A stretch of 63,675 nt of DNA, filler included, from Octopus bimaculoides (lineage: Eukaryota), in NCBI RefSeq assembly GCF_001194135.2. It is 5 parts of 5 records of this genome, joined end to end, with 100 filler letters (N's around TTAATTAATTAA, not from the genome) between each part and the next. Parts side by side here need not be neighbours in the genome. Positions count along the whole stretch, not along the records: positions 1 to 23,773 come from NC_068998.1; 4 more parts are not named here. One strand, 5' to 3'. Both the position numbers and the translations under genes were made by a program. The notes under the pieces were generated by a model that had not been told where the DNA came from, made no database searches, and worked only from the letters and a program-made list of their open reading frames with translations. Positions 1 through 13,200 of the stretch are shown in pieces. Positions within the stretch are counted from its first letter, which is position 1. Every line of letters begins with the position of its first letter.

Positions 1-329
1 AGGATCGCGGTTTCGATTCCCAGACCGGGCGTTGTAAGTGTTTATTGAGTGAAAACACCTAAAGCTCCACGAGGCTCCGGCAGGGGATGGTGGCGAACCC
101 TGCTGTACTCTTCCACCACAACTTTCTCTCACTATTACTTCCTGTTTCTGTTGTGCCTGTAATTCAAAGGGTCAGCCTTGTCACACTGTGTCACGCTGAA
201 TATCCCCGAGAACTACGTTAAGGGTACACGTGTCTGTGGAGTGCTCAGCCACTTGCACGTTAATTTCACGAGCAGGCTGTTCCGTTGATCGGATCAACTG
301 GAACCCTCGATGTCGTAAGCGACGGAGTG
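1..329 (+). mobile_element. tRNA-derived SINE (family C), head cut by window start
   Basis: B-box-like GGTTTCGATTCC at 9-20 followed by a GC-richer body; a related head occurs on the minus strand at about 50180-50292. Confidence 0.65.
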
Positions 330-559
330 TTGAAAGCGATTCTTTGTCATGACGCAAAATGTGTAAGTCTTACTAATTCTTCTGCTATGTATGTAACTTT
401 ATAACTACTAGTGAAAGGATGTGATAAATTGCGTAATCCGGGCAATAGTTGGGCTTGTCATATTTATTGAGTGATATGTGTAATATTACAAGATGGCTAA
501 ACGGTTCATATCACATACACTTTGCTAGACCAATAATTTGGAAGGAACCCAAAGAACAC

Positions 560-1000
560 AAATCTCACAAAGACTGAAATTTCTACCAAATGAGTTCAAG
601 AGGGCCACTTCAAAAACAAGGAAACAAATTAAATGTCTTAATAATGAGACCAGTTCCTCATAGTGCTCAACTTATAGTACAATATTTTGCAGACCATGTT
701 AATTTAATTAATGAGAAATCAAATGACCTAGGAGCGTATCTCAAAGAGCAAGTTAGCATTTCTAATTCGACATTCCAGGCTATTTGTCTTTCCAGTAAGC
801 ATATTTACTTTCACTATGAGATTTGGATGATCAAGGTTAAAATCTGCATTTCTGGCATTCACCATGATGTATTCAAAGAATGGTTCTCCCATTCAGCCAT
901 GGGAAACCTTTGGTCAGGAGCATAACATGAACATTTCCTTGATTCCTTAAAAGCCAGCATGAAAGCAGTCTTTCTTCTTAAGTTCTCTTATGTTACTTAC
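560..1000 (-). pseudogene. Possible decayed Mutator (MULE)-type transposase remnant
   Basis: Minus-strand frame with stops reads CFHAGF...FFEYIMVN...GKTNSLECRI, loosely resembling MULE CxFH and TNNxxE motifs. Judged by eye only. Confidence 0.25.
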
Positions 1001-1104
1001 TTCACATGTTGCAAACATGAAAATGTCTTACAACAACGAAGTTGTTTTTAGGAAAAGTTCAGGATTAGAAATATAAGTAAAATGTCTATAGAGATCTGAA
1101 GGTG

Positions 1105-1175
1105 ATAGGCTATAACTACATATAGGCTATAAATACATATAGGCTATAACTACATATAGGCTATAACTACATATA
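1105..1175. repeat. 18-bp tandem repeat (TAGGCTATAACTACATA-like), about 4 copies
   Basis: Directly visible. Confidence 0.85.
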
Positions 1176-2179
1176 ATTAGGGTTGCTGATAGGCTGTGCC
1201 AACTATTGTTGCTTTTCGTGTGAGTAGAACGACACTAAGGAGAGGCGATACCCCTGCATTCGGAAGATTTCGTGAAAATGTATAACACTTGTTTTGGGCA
1301 AGAAAATGTTTTGAGCGATTCACTTGCTGACCTGGAGAAAGCCTTTTCTTTACTTTTGCATATCAAGCTTGGACTTACGGAAAACGATAGTTAAAAGTGC
1401 AAACTAGATTCAAATAACAAAGGTTATCCTGGATCAGTGATGCCAAGGCTAAGGAAAACATTTTTTAGCCCCTCACAACAGAGAATTAGTAAGAGATTAG
1501 AAATTTAAAAGAGAGAAAAGGCTACAGAACAAAGTTTCACAAGTGCCTATGCAAACACGTTGAAAAATTATAAGGCCGTAAATAGATCTTCTTAAATTTA
1601 ACCAAGAAATGGAGGTGAAATATGTTATTAAAGTTCAATTTCTAGGACTCTCACTTGAATTTTTTTTTCGGAAAAAATGGATGAGACTAATAACGAAGTT
1701 AGCGAGCGGTTTCAAGAGGACATTTTGCTAACATAATAAAGCATTACCAAACCGATAGGAGCCACAGTTGGCTTGTTGAAGACGGCTAGGCTCATGAGAG
1801 AGGCATGCCGAGGACAAAGTGTGATAGGAAATCAAATCAAGTTACTTTTTAAAATACATGTAAATCTTTCCTTGTATCTAAATAAATGTGTAATATCCAC
1901 ATTTTTAACTGCATGCGACACAAAACCCTAAACCAATAAAGAAATGTTTATTCTTAAAAGAATATTTTTTTGTTTGTTTGTTTGTTTGTTTGGTTCTTTC
2001 TTTCTTTCTGTATTTATTTGTTTATTTTGCTTAGTGTAATCAAAATTCTCTGAACACAAATAAAGAAACATTCATTTTCAAAAACACTCCTACACATACA
2101 TATATACATATATACGCAACAACATAAATATACACCATACACATACTCACACAGACATACCCTCTCTCACATATACCTT

Positions 2180-2224
2180 CCACACACACACGTACAGACA
2201 GGCAGACAGACAGACAGACAGACA

Positions 2225-2284
<60 letters not shown>

Positions 2285-2345
2285 CACACACAAACACATA
2301 GGCGCGCGCTCGCACACACACACACAAACACATACGCACGCGCGC

Positions 2346-2381
<36 letters not shown>
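2180..2381. repeat. Compound (CAGA)n/(CA)n microsatellite
   Basis: Directly visible; explains the poly-CV ORFs at 2040-2452. Confidence 0.95.
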
Positions 2382-2385
<4 letters not shown>

Positions 2386-2950
2386 GAATTTCCACGCTGC
2401 AAAATGGCACACATCTCAGTTTTTGTCTATTTGTTCGGCTGAACTTTGACATTTGTGTGTTAAGAAGGTCAACGTTTTAATAATAGCAAAGAATGTTTTG
2501 CATTCATAGATTTGTCAACAACCCAATGTTTGTATAACACTACTTATTTGTCTATATAAGTCGTCCAAATAACACCCGCTTTTGTTTCCACTGCCGTATT
2601 GTCTGTATAACACACATTGTCTGCAGACCCCTGACAACAGACCAACGTGCTAGTCTCTATGTGGTCGCTATAACAACAAGAAATAACAGCCAAATCTCCC
2701 TACTCTTTTAAATGAAGTACTTCTAATTGCATAATGTGATACTGGATGCACGCTGCGTGTTAAAACGACGTGATGGTCACAAATTGAACACCTTTGACCA
2801 CATGTCCGGTCAGTCACGACTGACTGACCTGGGATTAGTTAAGTTCTCTGAGACTTATAACAAAGAATTTGGAAGTTATGATGTCAATACATGAACAAAC
2901 ATAAAGACAATTCATCTGATAGTGGCTCATATACAATTTACATTTTAGAT

Positions 2951-3243
2951 CAGAGGTTCTCAACCATTTTTTAACTTTTGGACGCCCTTGATTCCTATTT
3001 TACTCGGGGTGGGGGACCCTCATGGTCATTCAATGCATAAAAATCCTATTCTATTTTCGTTAGGAATTGTATAAAAATTGTTTAAATATTTTGTATACTG
3101 TAGAAGTATAATCAATTTATTGCAGATAACTTTCAGCAACAAAATCTTGTATGGACTCCAAGGGTCATGGATCCGCAAGGGTCATGGATCCGCAAGGGTC
3201 ATGGATCCGCAAGGGTCATGTGGACTCCGGTTGAAAATCATTG
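2951..3243. mobile_element. hAT (Charlie-type) non-autonomous element / MITE with 8-bp TSD
   Basis: Imperfect TIRs CAGAGGTTCTCAACC ... GGTTGAAAATCATTG; identical flanking 8-mer TTTTAGAT at 2943-2950 and 3244-3251; internal 17-bp tandem repeat CAAGGGTCATGGATCCG (three copies plus one diverged, 3159-3229). Confidence 0.9.
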
Positions 3244-3361
3244 TTTTAGATAGAATATTTGGCTGGGAGACTAGTGAACTAGTGAAGCAAGATGACGATA
3301 ACATTTTACTAGTTGCGACACTTCCAACCTCAACTGAACAGGAGACGAGAGAATCTATGTA

Positions 3362-3700
3362 CCGCATTTTTCGGTACATAAGTCGAATATTTCAGATAAG
3401 AATTTACAAAAAAAGAAGAAAAAAGGTCGACTTATACAGCTAGATAACTTTGGAGGAGTAAAATGCAACAGGATTTATGAAGATAGTGACGATGCTACAT
3501 GTTTGTATGCCAGAAAATACGAGAGGCGTTCGACCTGCTTGAAATGGTGGATAAATTCCCTTCAAATAACATCCCAGCGTCTTGAAAAAGGAGAGCACAT
3601 CAGATAAAAGTTGGCCAAGTTACTCCTAAAAATACGGAGTGGTCGCGGTTGGAAGGCCTTTGAACATAGGTTTGAACGATCAGGCATAACCCGGGGCTAA
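3362..3700 (+). mobile_element. Tc1/mariner-superfamily (pogo-like) left end with decayed transposase N-terminus
   Basis: TA|CCGCATTTTTCGG...TAAGTCG...CGACTTATA end pattern; a similar end TA|CCGTATTTT occurs at 45915-46021. A downstream frame with stops loosely resembles a CENP-B-type HTH. Confidence 0.4.
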
Positions 3701-4212
3701 ACAGCCGATGACAATTCATGGCAATCCGCATTTTTACACAGTCATGGCTTCCTTTCTCAGGGGTAAAAATCACGTCATAATTAAACCTTTTATAGATGCA
3801 AATACATACGAGATTACTTCCTTCAGTATCCACGACGGCGCACCGACAGCACATGTTCCAGACAGCGCACTATTCCAACCCCAACCCCCACTCTCTCTTA
3901 TCTACAAAGTCCTTCGTTTCACTGGATTTAATGAACAATTACTTCTGTCTGCCAAAGACATAACTTCCAACAGCATTTCAGTTTTTGAACCCTAACCTCC
4001 TCTCTGCTCCTTTAGAACGTCCTACTTGGCTCGGCTTACAATGATTAGATCATCGTTATATAAGCGTAAAAGGAAACATCATTACCGTCGTCATTATTAT
4101 TATTATTAATATTAATATGTTGAAGTCATAAGAATTTAGAAACTTCGAGATGAACGCGAAATAATAATTTTTTGGAACATTGACTCTCGAAACAGATAAA
4201 GCTATAAATAAT

Positions 4213-4423
4213 CCTTTCTACTATAGGTACAATGCCTGAAATTTGGGGAAGGGTGATAAAAGATTACATCGATCCCGGCGTTTTACTGGTACTTAATATA
4301 TCAACACCGAAAGGATGAAACGCAGAGTCGATCTCAGCAGAATTTGAACTCAGAACGTAGCGGCAGACGAAATCCCGATAAGCATTTCACCCGGCGCGCT
4401 AACGATTCTGCCAGCTCGCCGCC
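4213..4423 (-). mobile_element. tRNA-derived SINE family A
   Basis: Minus-strand head GGCGGCGAGCTGGCAGAATCGTTAG (A box) and GAGTTCAAATTC (B box). Other copies at about 11640-11730, 16050-16150, 22565-22700, 32455-32630 and 58585-58765, plus those listed separately. Confidence 0.85.
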
Positions 4424-6340
4424 TTAATAAAGCTATGAATAATAGCGTGTAAATATTGAGTTAAAAACCCTTTGGCTAGAAAAGGTCGATGGTCGCCCAT
4501 GGAACTCAAATCCACATCTTCTGTAAACATGAGAGACGTTCTACCATTGTACTGAAGCAACCCTTCAACGTTCTGTATGTATTTTAGAACTTGTATTCTT
4601 ACCAGCAAGTTTTTAAAACCAATATTTGCATGCTAATATTATTTGTTCCGCGATTCAGTTTTCCGAAAAAGAATTATTGCTCGTTCATCTAGAAGTTTCT
4701 AAATTTTTATGACGTCAGCTTGATTAGAGACATTCGAAGGATTGGTTTGGTCCAAAGTTAGAATATTTGTCATGCTCACAGATGTAGGTTCTAGTCCCAC
4801 GAGCAACATTCGACTTTCTCTGAGCTTTTAACTAAATGTTTATTCATTTCGAGATTCAATGTACCAAAATTTCCTGTGTGATTTCTCATTGATATTCAAG
4901 TATAACTGAAAGAATTAAAATATCATTTTAAGAAGTATTTTACACAGAGACTTTACTGAAATCTATTTTGTACCGAGGTAGAAATAAACGGGGCAGGTTT
5001 CTTTGGAATAATTCCACTTTTCTATCTCCGTATATCTCCACGTTAAGAATAGCTTTTCGCTGTATGGGATCCGCTCCAGAAGAAATGACAGTGAACAAAA
5101 TAAAGCAGCTCCGAAAGAAAACGAAAACACAACACAAAAATAAACTAAAAGAAAAGAAAGGGATTATGAACATACAAACACACAAATTGCAGAAAATGAA
5201 AACCATGATGACATTTCAACAAGAAAAAGGTATGATAGACAACACATTTGACAACAGCAACATCAACCACAATAGTAACATCAGCCACAACAACAGTACA
5301 CACGTACGTCCTTGATCAATTGAGAGTGTAATGAACACTAACAAAACTCAGTTGTTGTAAGCATAATTTCGAACAAAAATTTCTCGATATGAAACGTTTT
5401 GTTGAAAGTACTAAAGTCAGGAAGCATTTTGTTGCAGAGTCGTTCGTAAAGAGATTGACGAACTTCCACGATTTGTTGCTATTGTTTCCCCGTGTCAACG
5501 GGAACTGTCTTTATTCCATTCAGGAAAGATCTGGAAACAGCCCAGGCAGACGTATGGCACTATTACATAATTTTCAAAACAGAAGACAGAGTGCAAGCGC
5601 AAATTGTTCGGGACACACTCACTTATAAAGCACTTTCTACGATATATAGGAAGAAGAAATAAAAGGTCTCCAGCATGAACATCAATGAAGACATCGATCC
5701 CTGGTTAATAGTAACTTCTGTGACACAATATGGGCGCAAGGGATTGAATGCCCATGTAACTTTTTGTAATATGTTGTCGGGTGGGGGTCGCCGTTGTTAT
5801 ACAAATCCTCTGGACCCTGCAGAACCATAACACAACATCAGAGTTGTGCGCAACAGAGAGCGCTGAGAGGAAGGTCTTAAATCTCAGCACTCAATGTAAA
5901 GACTCCAGCTGTTCTACATATGACAGCAAAAGCCATTAAATGACTTTCTCTAAAAAAGGCTTAAAAGGATAAAAGCAAAAACAACATCAAACAATGAAGA
6001 TTATTGATCCTAAAACGGCACCGCAGCTTAAGACGGCACTGAACACAACTCTGGGACTGTCAAAAAGTCACCCCGTCCTCATTGTCAAGGGTTAACCAAT
6101 AAATCCAAGAACTCCTCCCAACGACAAATGATAAAGATAATGAGTTAAGTAAATCAACAGCAGCAACAACTGGGACTAAATTACCAGGAAGTCCCTCCGG
6201 CACAATCGTTTACTTATCATGGAAGGGATCAGATGGAGATCCCCACTCTCCACAATACACACACCAAAAAATAATAATTGAAAGAGTATTTCAAATAATG
6301 TGAGGGATATAACTCTCCGGTAAAGAGTTCACCTCCAATA

Positions 6341-6386
<46 letters not shown>

Positions 6387-6419
6387 AGGAAAGAAAGAAA
6401 GAAAGAAAGAAAGAGAGAA
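6341..6419. repeat. (AAAG)n microsatellite
   Basis: Directly visible. Confidence 0.95.
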
Positions 6420-7935
6420 GGAGAACCCATTCTTTGAGAGTGACGGGAGAAAGTAATCCTTGAACCAGAAATATGTCCTGAATACTTTCAATGGAGTGAA
6501 CGCCGCTCGATTAAAGACACTCAGTCAGGTGTTGTTAAACAGGTTGAGAGATTAATTACTCTACAATAGAAATTGTTTAAATAAATGACTCGATTTTCAT
6601 TTGAAACACCATAATTCTGTACTATAATTAAAATAGTTATGAACATGAATCTTTTTTATTTACAGTAACTCAATTTTAAAACAAATATTTCCTACGGACT
6701 AAAATGACGTATCAAAGGCATAATTCGTTAGGCTCAGATTTATCAAGAACAACTCTGGTGCCTCATCGACAAACTGACAGTTAGCTAACAGATGAACAGA
6801 ACAAGTATTATGGAAATAGTTGCGTCTCTTAGCAAATGAATAGCTTCGTTAACAGTAAAAAGTCATTTCATTGTATAACTTAAAGTAAATCTTATATTAA
6901 TTAATTTCTTTGAACAAACAATAATGAAAACTTGTTTGTGTAGATAGGCAATCTACAAGTGTTGGGATTGTTGACTATGATTGAATCAAAGACATACATC
7001 ACTGGTAATTTTCTTCCGGCTGACCTGTCCGTTCTTACGAGCAGAATCATTGATTGGAAGACTAACAAATCGGCAAATATACCAATTAGCCACAGCTGTT
7101 CGACTTATTCTTCCCCATTTGAAAGTCCCTTGTTTTTTAATAATGCCTTAGTATTTAGCAAATAGTTTATTTAATGGCGACTTAATAGAAGGTCAACAGT
7201 TTCAAATGATATGCAGAACACCGTTGCATTGTCTTGTTAATCGATTCACGCCGCTGAATTCAAATCACAACGTGTTAATCCATCTTTTATCCATTCGCAC
7301 TAATAAACAGTTTGACGTATTCTTCTTAGAAAACTTTTACCTGAGAAAGAAATTTTATGTTGTTAATTTGTGTGTACATTTAAACTATGTTTACTTTGTT
7401 CATTGAATGTATATGTGAATATCGTAACTTGCGATAAGTGGGTAGCTAAGTGTTCAAATGGCAATAACCGTTAGATATAGTTAAAATTCTAATGTACTTA
7501 TCTCCCTCTATGTAAATTTGTTAACTTCATTATTTGCGCTCAACCTTCATGTGATCTCTTCACTGAAGTCTCACAGCACATAACAAGGCCTTTACAGTTT
7601 ACATTTTTTTAAGCACAAACGTTAAAACTAACTTCTTGTTAGTAAATTTTCTAAAAATATCTCCATATAATCTTTACGAAATGTATAGCAGATTTCGATT
7701 ATACCATGATGTAGATTTTGTTGCTAAAGTTACTAATTACTTTAAAGGCTGTTATTTGCCATTTTCTGGTATATTAATCACTAGTTTACTAGGATATGTG
7801 TATGTGAAGGGGATAGTATATGCGTACATTTATGAACATCGTGGCGCGCGTGGTTGTTAGGACTATTGTGCCTCTTCCAGATCCTCAGAATTTGACAGTC
7901 TTAGTACGAAGAATTGTACATACTAACGAGTGCAA

Positions 7936-9290
7936 TCTATATATATATAAAATTGAGAATGTATGTTTGTGTGTGTGTGTCTGTGTGAATCCCTAAAACT
8001 CCAGAACTACACAACCAATTTCATTCAAATTTTACACATGCCTTACTTAGGGTCCCGGTTGTGTTTTAGTCAATTGCATACTTCCAGCCCACAGCAACAT
8101 CATATCTCCTCCACTTTTTAAGTATTACGTGTCAAAACTGAAACAAAAACACTCATGTCATTCGAACCGGAATCTCAAAAACATTGTTATTATTAAATTT
8201 ATGCATTTCTAATCAATTTGGAGATATTTGCTATCGAGTTGCAAGTTTTTAACAATGCATTTGGTGATTATTTGCTTTATTTCTCGGGCAAAGTTTACAA
8301 CTTAGAATAAAAGAATAAAATTATTATTTCATTCCAAAATTGATGAGCTTTGTTTTTAGTGATGACTTGAAATGGTAAATATTTTTTTCTAACTGTATTT
8401 GCTTGAAAAAACATACTTTTCTTTATATTAATCAATTCATTATAATTACTTTTAAGATGTGCCTAAATAAAAACACGTTATAGATCAGCATTTCTCAACC
8501 TTTTTCGCTATTTGGCTTCCCTTGGACATTGTAAAAATTTATTTCGGCTCCCCTGTGTTGATGAAAAATTTAATCCAGCTTCCCATGTATCTGAGATAGA
8601 CCGGCCGGCCCATGACAAATCTGACAAAAGTGGGGTCCCGCAGAACTACTAGCTCACGAACTGCATCTGAAAGTTGGCGCGCCAATCATGCTGCTAAGGA
8701 ATTTAGATACTCCAATAATGTGCAATGGTACGCGGATGATTATCAAAAGATTGTGCTCCCGAGTTTTGTAGGCAACAATCTTGAATGAACCGGCCGCTGG
8801 CTAAGACATACTTATAACTCCCATGTCCCTAACCCACTCCGATACGACCTACAAATTTAAACAGATGCAATTTCCCATCAAACTCTGCTTTCCCATGACA
8901 ATCAACAAGGCGCAGGGACAATCAATGCAAGCGGTTGGTTTGAATCTGACAGAGCAAGTATTCTCACACGCACAACTGTACGTTGGCTGTCCCCATGGTC
9001 TTTCTATTTGTGCACCCGAGGGAAGGACGAAGAATGTTGTCTACCAAGAGGCACTCCAATGATAACAACGGCAACTTCAACTGCTCCAATTTCAACTCCG
9101 CAATTTTTTCATCGTCCTGCCAACCCACGTAAGTCCAGTCTTGCTTTGCTCTCCTTACTAACTCACCATGACATTCTTTTTTTTCTACCAAGATCCGTCG
9201 CCCAAACACCACTTCGTATCCACTTTTTTATGTCTTCGTTTCTCTCTTCGCGTCGTTCTCTGACCGGGTGAAACCGGGCTTAATTGCTAG
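7936..9290 (+). mobile_element. Helitron, internally deleted, both termini intact
   Basis: 5' TC (A7935|TCTATATATATATAAAATTG); 3' hairpin CCGG-GTGAAA-CCGG (9264-9277) followed by CTAG (9287-9290)|T; inserted between A and T with no TSD; contains a helicase remnant. Confidence 0.9.
8652..9062 (+). pseudogene. Helitron RepHel PIF1-family helicase C-terminal remnant
   Basis: One frame reads AHELHLKVGAPIMLLRNLDTPIMCNGTR...QFPIKLCFPMTINKAQGQS...VFSHAQLYVGC...TKNVVYQEAL, with in-frame stops at 8769-8771 and 8802-8804. Confidence 0.92.
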
Positions 9291-10059
9291 TAATTCTTAA
9301 AGATTTTAGGTGTCCCAGATTCGACGCACCCTCCAACACTGTAACCCAAGTCTAGTGCAAGTCAAAACTCGAAGTTCTTGGAATCACAATTAGATACAGG
9401 ATCTTTTGTTTTGGCAGTTGCGGTATCAAGCACGTCTGCAACAATGTAATCCTGCCAATTCCATAGTTTCCTCTTCCTTATGGAAGTATTTCGCTGTAGT
9501 ATTTCGCTGCTGGTGTTGTTTATTAAGTGAAGTTTTGATGAATTTCGAAAACAAAGAATGAACAAGAAGGATTATGTTAGTGATTTTGCCAACTGCGTGA
9601 GACTTTAAAGCTTTTAGATTCCCCAGTTGGTTGTGGTGGGAAGTATCTTATGGAAGGAAGGAGTCAAAACGAGGATTTAGATGGAAGATGCTTATTTTTC
9701 GTTCTCTGTGCATGTCTTCACCGTATGATCTTCCTTATTTATTTTGTTCTTATTGACTGTTATTTCAGTTGTGTGTGATGTTGTCTTATTATATGGGAGT
9801 TTGTCTCAAGATTTTACCAGGTTAGCTATTTGGTGCATAACCGGAAATGTGCTTTTATGCTGCAAGTGTGATGTTTGGTTGTATATAATGTTTTCTGGTG
9901 TTACGAGTAACAAGGAAGATAGGATTTGATAGGGGACAGGTTTTTCCCCCAGACTTTTAATATTTGTTTGAAGCTTCATGTAAAAAATGTAACCATTATT
10001 GACGCTTAGTATATCTTAGTATATCTTGTTTTCTTTTATGGAGAAAATACAACTTTACA

Positions 10060-10530
10060 GTCGCCAGTCACCATATCCTTCTCAAGGACTTGCATTATTT
10101 TCCGCAACTGGCAAATATTGATGAGAAATTATCAAATTGATATTAAATGCATTTTGGCAAACATTTGAAATTTGTTTCATATGACTTGCAATCACCAATT
10201 ACGGATATCATTAATAGATGTGCCCAGCTGGATCTGAAGTGAATCAAGTGACAGATTCAAAGTTAGTTCGAGTATTTTTCAAGATGTGAAATGATATTTA
10301 AGAAAGTATAGCACAATCAAGGTTATACAGGAATATAAATAAACGAGGCCATTGCTGCGAGATATTCCAATTCGTGGTCAAAATTTGAGTATTTCATCCC
10401 CTTCTGTCTCACGTCATATCTTGTTGAAACGGTATTCTCCAGGGCAAATCATATATTGACTAAATCACGAAATTGCTTTACAGTTGAGAAAAGTGGAAGA
10501 CTTAGGTTTGTTCCTTATGAAAGTTTCCCA
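10060..10530 (+). pseudogene. Decayed hAT (Charlie/Buster-type) transposase C-terminal dimerisation region
   Basis: Reads ...FIPFCLTSYLVETVFSRANHILTKSRNCFTVEKSGRLR, matching the hAT C-terminal pattern TSYLVExGFSxxxxLLTKxRNRL. Confidence 0.7.
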
Positions 10531-11984
10531 AATATTTTCTCTTGCTAATAATTATGCATTGAATAACTGTTATTGTTAGATGATATATGAAGCTTTTGTG
10601 TTCGTTCCTCCAACGCAATACTTCAAGTAAATGCCTTCTACAATGACTGTTAAACGTTCCGTGAGTGGAATTTAATAGACGACAACCGTATGGAAACCCG
10701 TTGTATGCATGTCTGAGAGATATGCATCTTCACTTATGTTTAAACCAGTCTAAAAACCTATAAAATTAAAGAATATCTGTAGAAAAGACGTTCTGTTACT
10801 CGTGTATTTTCGTTAAACATTAAACTTTAATGAATAATTAATTAGTTTTACTTAAACTTTATCGAATAATTAATTAGTTTTACTTAAACTTTATCGAATA
10901 TTATGTTAATCCGTTAATTTTAATATTACTGTGAATTTTATTGGTGTTTCAACTTAACAAGGTATGAAATTGGGCGGTGCATGAGACAAAAGGCTGTCAA
11001 GTACGAGCAGAGAGGCTCCTAAGTTTGGATGCTTTTAACTGTTGGTGTGGAATTCGTTGTTGTGTATTTTGCTCTTCTTTCACTGTCTATAAATTGGAGA
11101 CAGTCCGGTTCCATTGAATAAAGCAATGTATTTTAATGATACAAATGTCACGACGGCACACCGAAGTATAACTGATGAATAGAATTCCCATAAAACACTA
11201 ATTTTGTTTGACAAATGTGATATACGTATCTTGCATACATAGATCAAAACAACAAGTGTACCAAACCAGCGATAGCTTCCACTTGTATACTACGGGCAGG
11301 CGGTGGGTTCACACACGCGCGTGCACATCATATAACATCCATCACGTTTTAACTAAATTTTTACGAAACAACATTTACTTTATATTGTTAATGTTTTATG
11401 AGTCCTTTTACGTTCTGAGTTCAATTCATATCCACGTCGACTTTGCCTTTCGACTTTTTGCAGTTGTGTACTGGCGTTTGAATATATTCAACAATTCCCC
11501 TCACTAATCTTCCTCAGATGCGTAACATTATGTTTAAGTCAAAAACCATTTATGTAGCATAATTATTAAAGACATTTTAGGGATGTGGTTGGCAGAATCA
11601 GTAGAGTGAAGAGAAAATACCTTACGTTATTTAGTACAATCGGCAGAATTTGAACTCACGACGTAGAATCGGAAGAAATGTCGTCGGGTATTTTGTCCGA
11701 CGCACTAACGATTCTCCAAGCTTGCTGCCTTATTACCACATCTAATAAAATTAAAATAATTTCAAAGTTTTAAATTTGTCCACGATCATGGCGAAGAAAG
11801 AAGAATTTTATTGATGCAAACTATGATGTCATATTAACATGTCTTCTCATATACAAAGAGATGAAGGGAAATTTTACGAATATTATGTGTGGTGGCTGAT
11901 ATTTTTCTGTTTGACAACAACTAGATTATGCAATACACGAGAAATATCATACTGACAAGAATGAATAAGTATTGGTAGACGAAT

Positions 11985-12590
11985 GCTACTGAGGCGGTAG
12001 AATGGTGAAATTCTTTACAGGTGACATGGTGTCCCGGAATTGTAGAGTAGTGATGACACCGTGCAGTGATGTACAATGTAGTGATGACACAGTGCAGGGT
12101 TTATTAAGACTGGAATAAAGCTGATATGACAGACTTATTGCACAGAGATTGCAGAACGGTGGTGATATGCTGTGGTGTGACTGTAGTGTATTGACATAAC
12201 GATGTAGAGATACTGTCGGGCCGTACTGATACGGTGTAACTTTAGAGTAGTGATGATATGGTGTCGTGTGACTGTAGAATGATGGCGTGGTGTTGCAGTG
12301 TGACCATGAAGTACTGTTGAGACACGAGAATGTTACTGTAGAGTACTGACGTTCTGGTGTAGTATGATTGTTGAGTAGTGGCGTGATTGTGTATTATGAC
12401 TTTAAAGTACTAACGTGATAGAGAAATGTGACTGTAGAGCACTGATGATATGCTCTTGTGTGACTTTAGAGTACTGCAAAAGAGTACAGAGTATGGCGTG
12501 ATAATAAAATGGGAATGTAGAGTACTGATGACACTGTGGGCATGCGGCTAGCTGGGGACACGGTTTATTGAGACTGTAGAATATCAATTA
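11985..12590. repeat. Degenerate 32-bp-period tandem array (consensus approx. GTGACTGTAGAGTACTGATGATATGGTGTNGT)
   Basis: Unit starts at 12236, 12268, 12300, 12332, 12364, 12396, 12428, 12460 (exact 32-bp spacing); more degenerate units on both sides. Confidence 0.8.
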
Positions 12591-12857
12591 TAAACTATTG
12601 GTTATATGAAGTACAGAGTGTCTCCAATATCGATGGATATATGATGTATTGGTGGCATCTTAAATTGTTTTGGTGACAATGTAGATACACCGCCACAAAT
12701 ACAAAAATATACACCTCTCTAGTAATATAAATTCTAGCAGTTAAAGATCATTATTCAAATAAAACTTGTTAAATAAACTTTTAGTAGAAATCATGGCTTC
12801 TTTTATCGTTCCTTTCAAATTTATATTCCCCCACCTCCGCGTTATATATAAGAGTAG

Positions 12858-13200
12858 CTTTGTGGTTAAAGAGTATGCTTTGGAAGCACGTGGTTATAGG
12901 TTGGTTCCCCCCACGCAACACTTTGAGTAAATGCTTTCTACAATGGTTGATTAACGTTCCGTGAGTGGAATTTAGTAGATGGCAACTGTGTGGAAACCTG
13001 CTGTATGCGTATGTGAAAGATATGCATCTTCGCTTATGTTTAAACCGGTCTAAAAACTTATCTTCTTCATGTTTTACTCCTTTGTTCTGTAACCAAGCGA
13101 TTCGACAGAATCTTATAGAATAAGTACCAATGACAAAAGTTTTGAAAACGGTGCTTCACCATGGCCCCAGGCCATCTCACATCAAGTAAGTAAATCATTT
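12858..13200 (+). mobile_element. Decayed tRNA-derived SINE family B
   Basis: Head (tgtggttaaagagtatgc...ggttcccccc) and body shared with 10610-10760 and with the better-preserved copies at 21108-21525 and 61525-61795. Confidence 0.65.

Noticed and set aside
4950-6290. A-rich ORF 4968-5315 and broken frames resembling a LINE ORF1
   Set aside because: No diagnostic motif could be pinned down; left unannotated.
12236-12491. CRISPR-like appearance of the 32-bp array
   Set aside because: Eukaryotic context, repeats not identical, variable part only about 12 nt, no cas genes.
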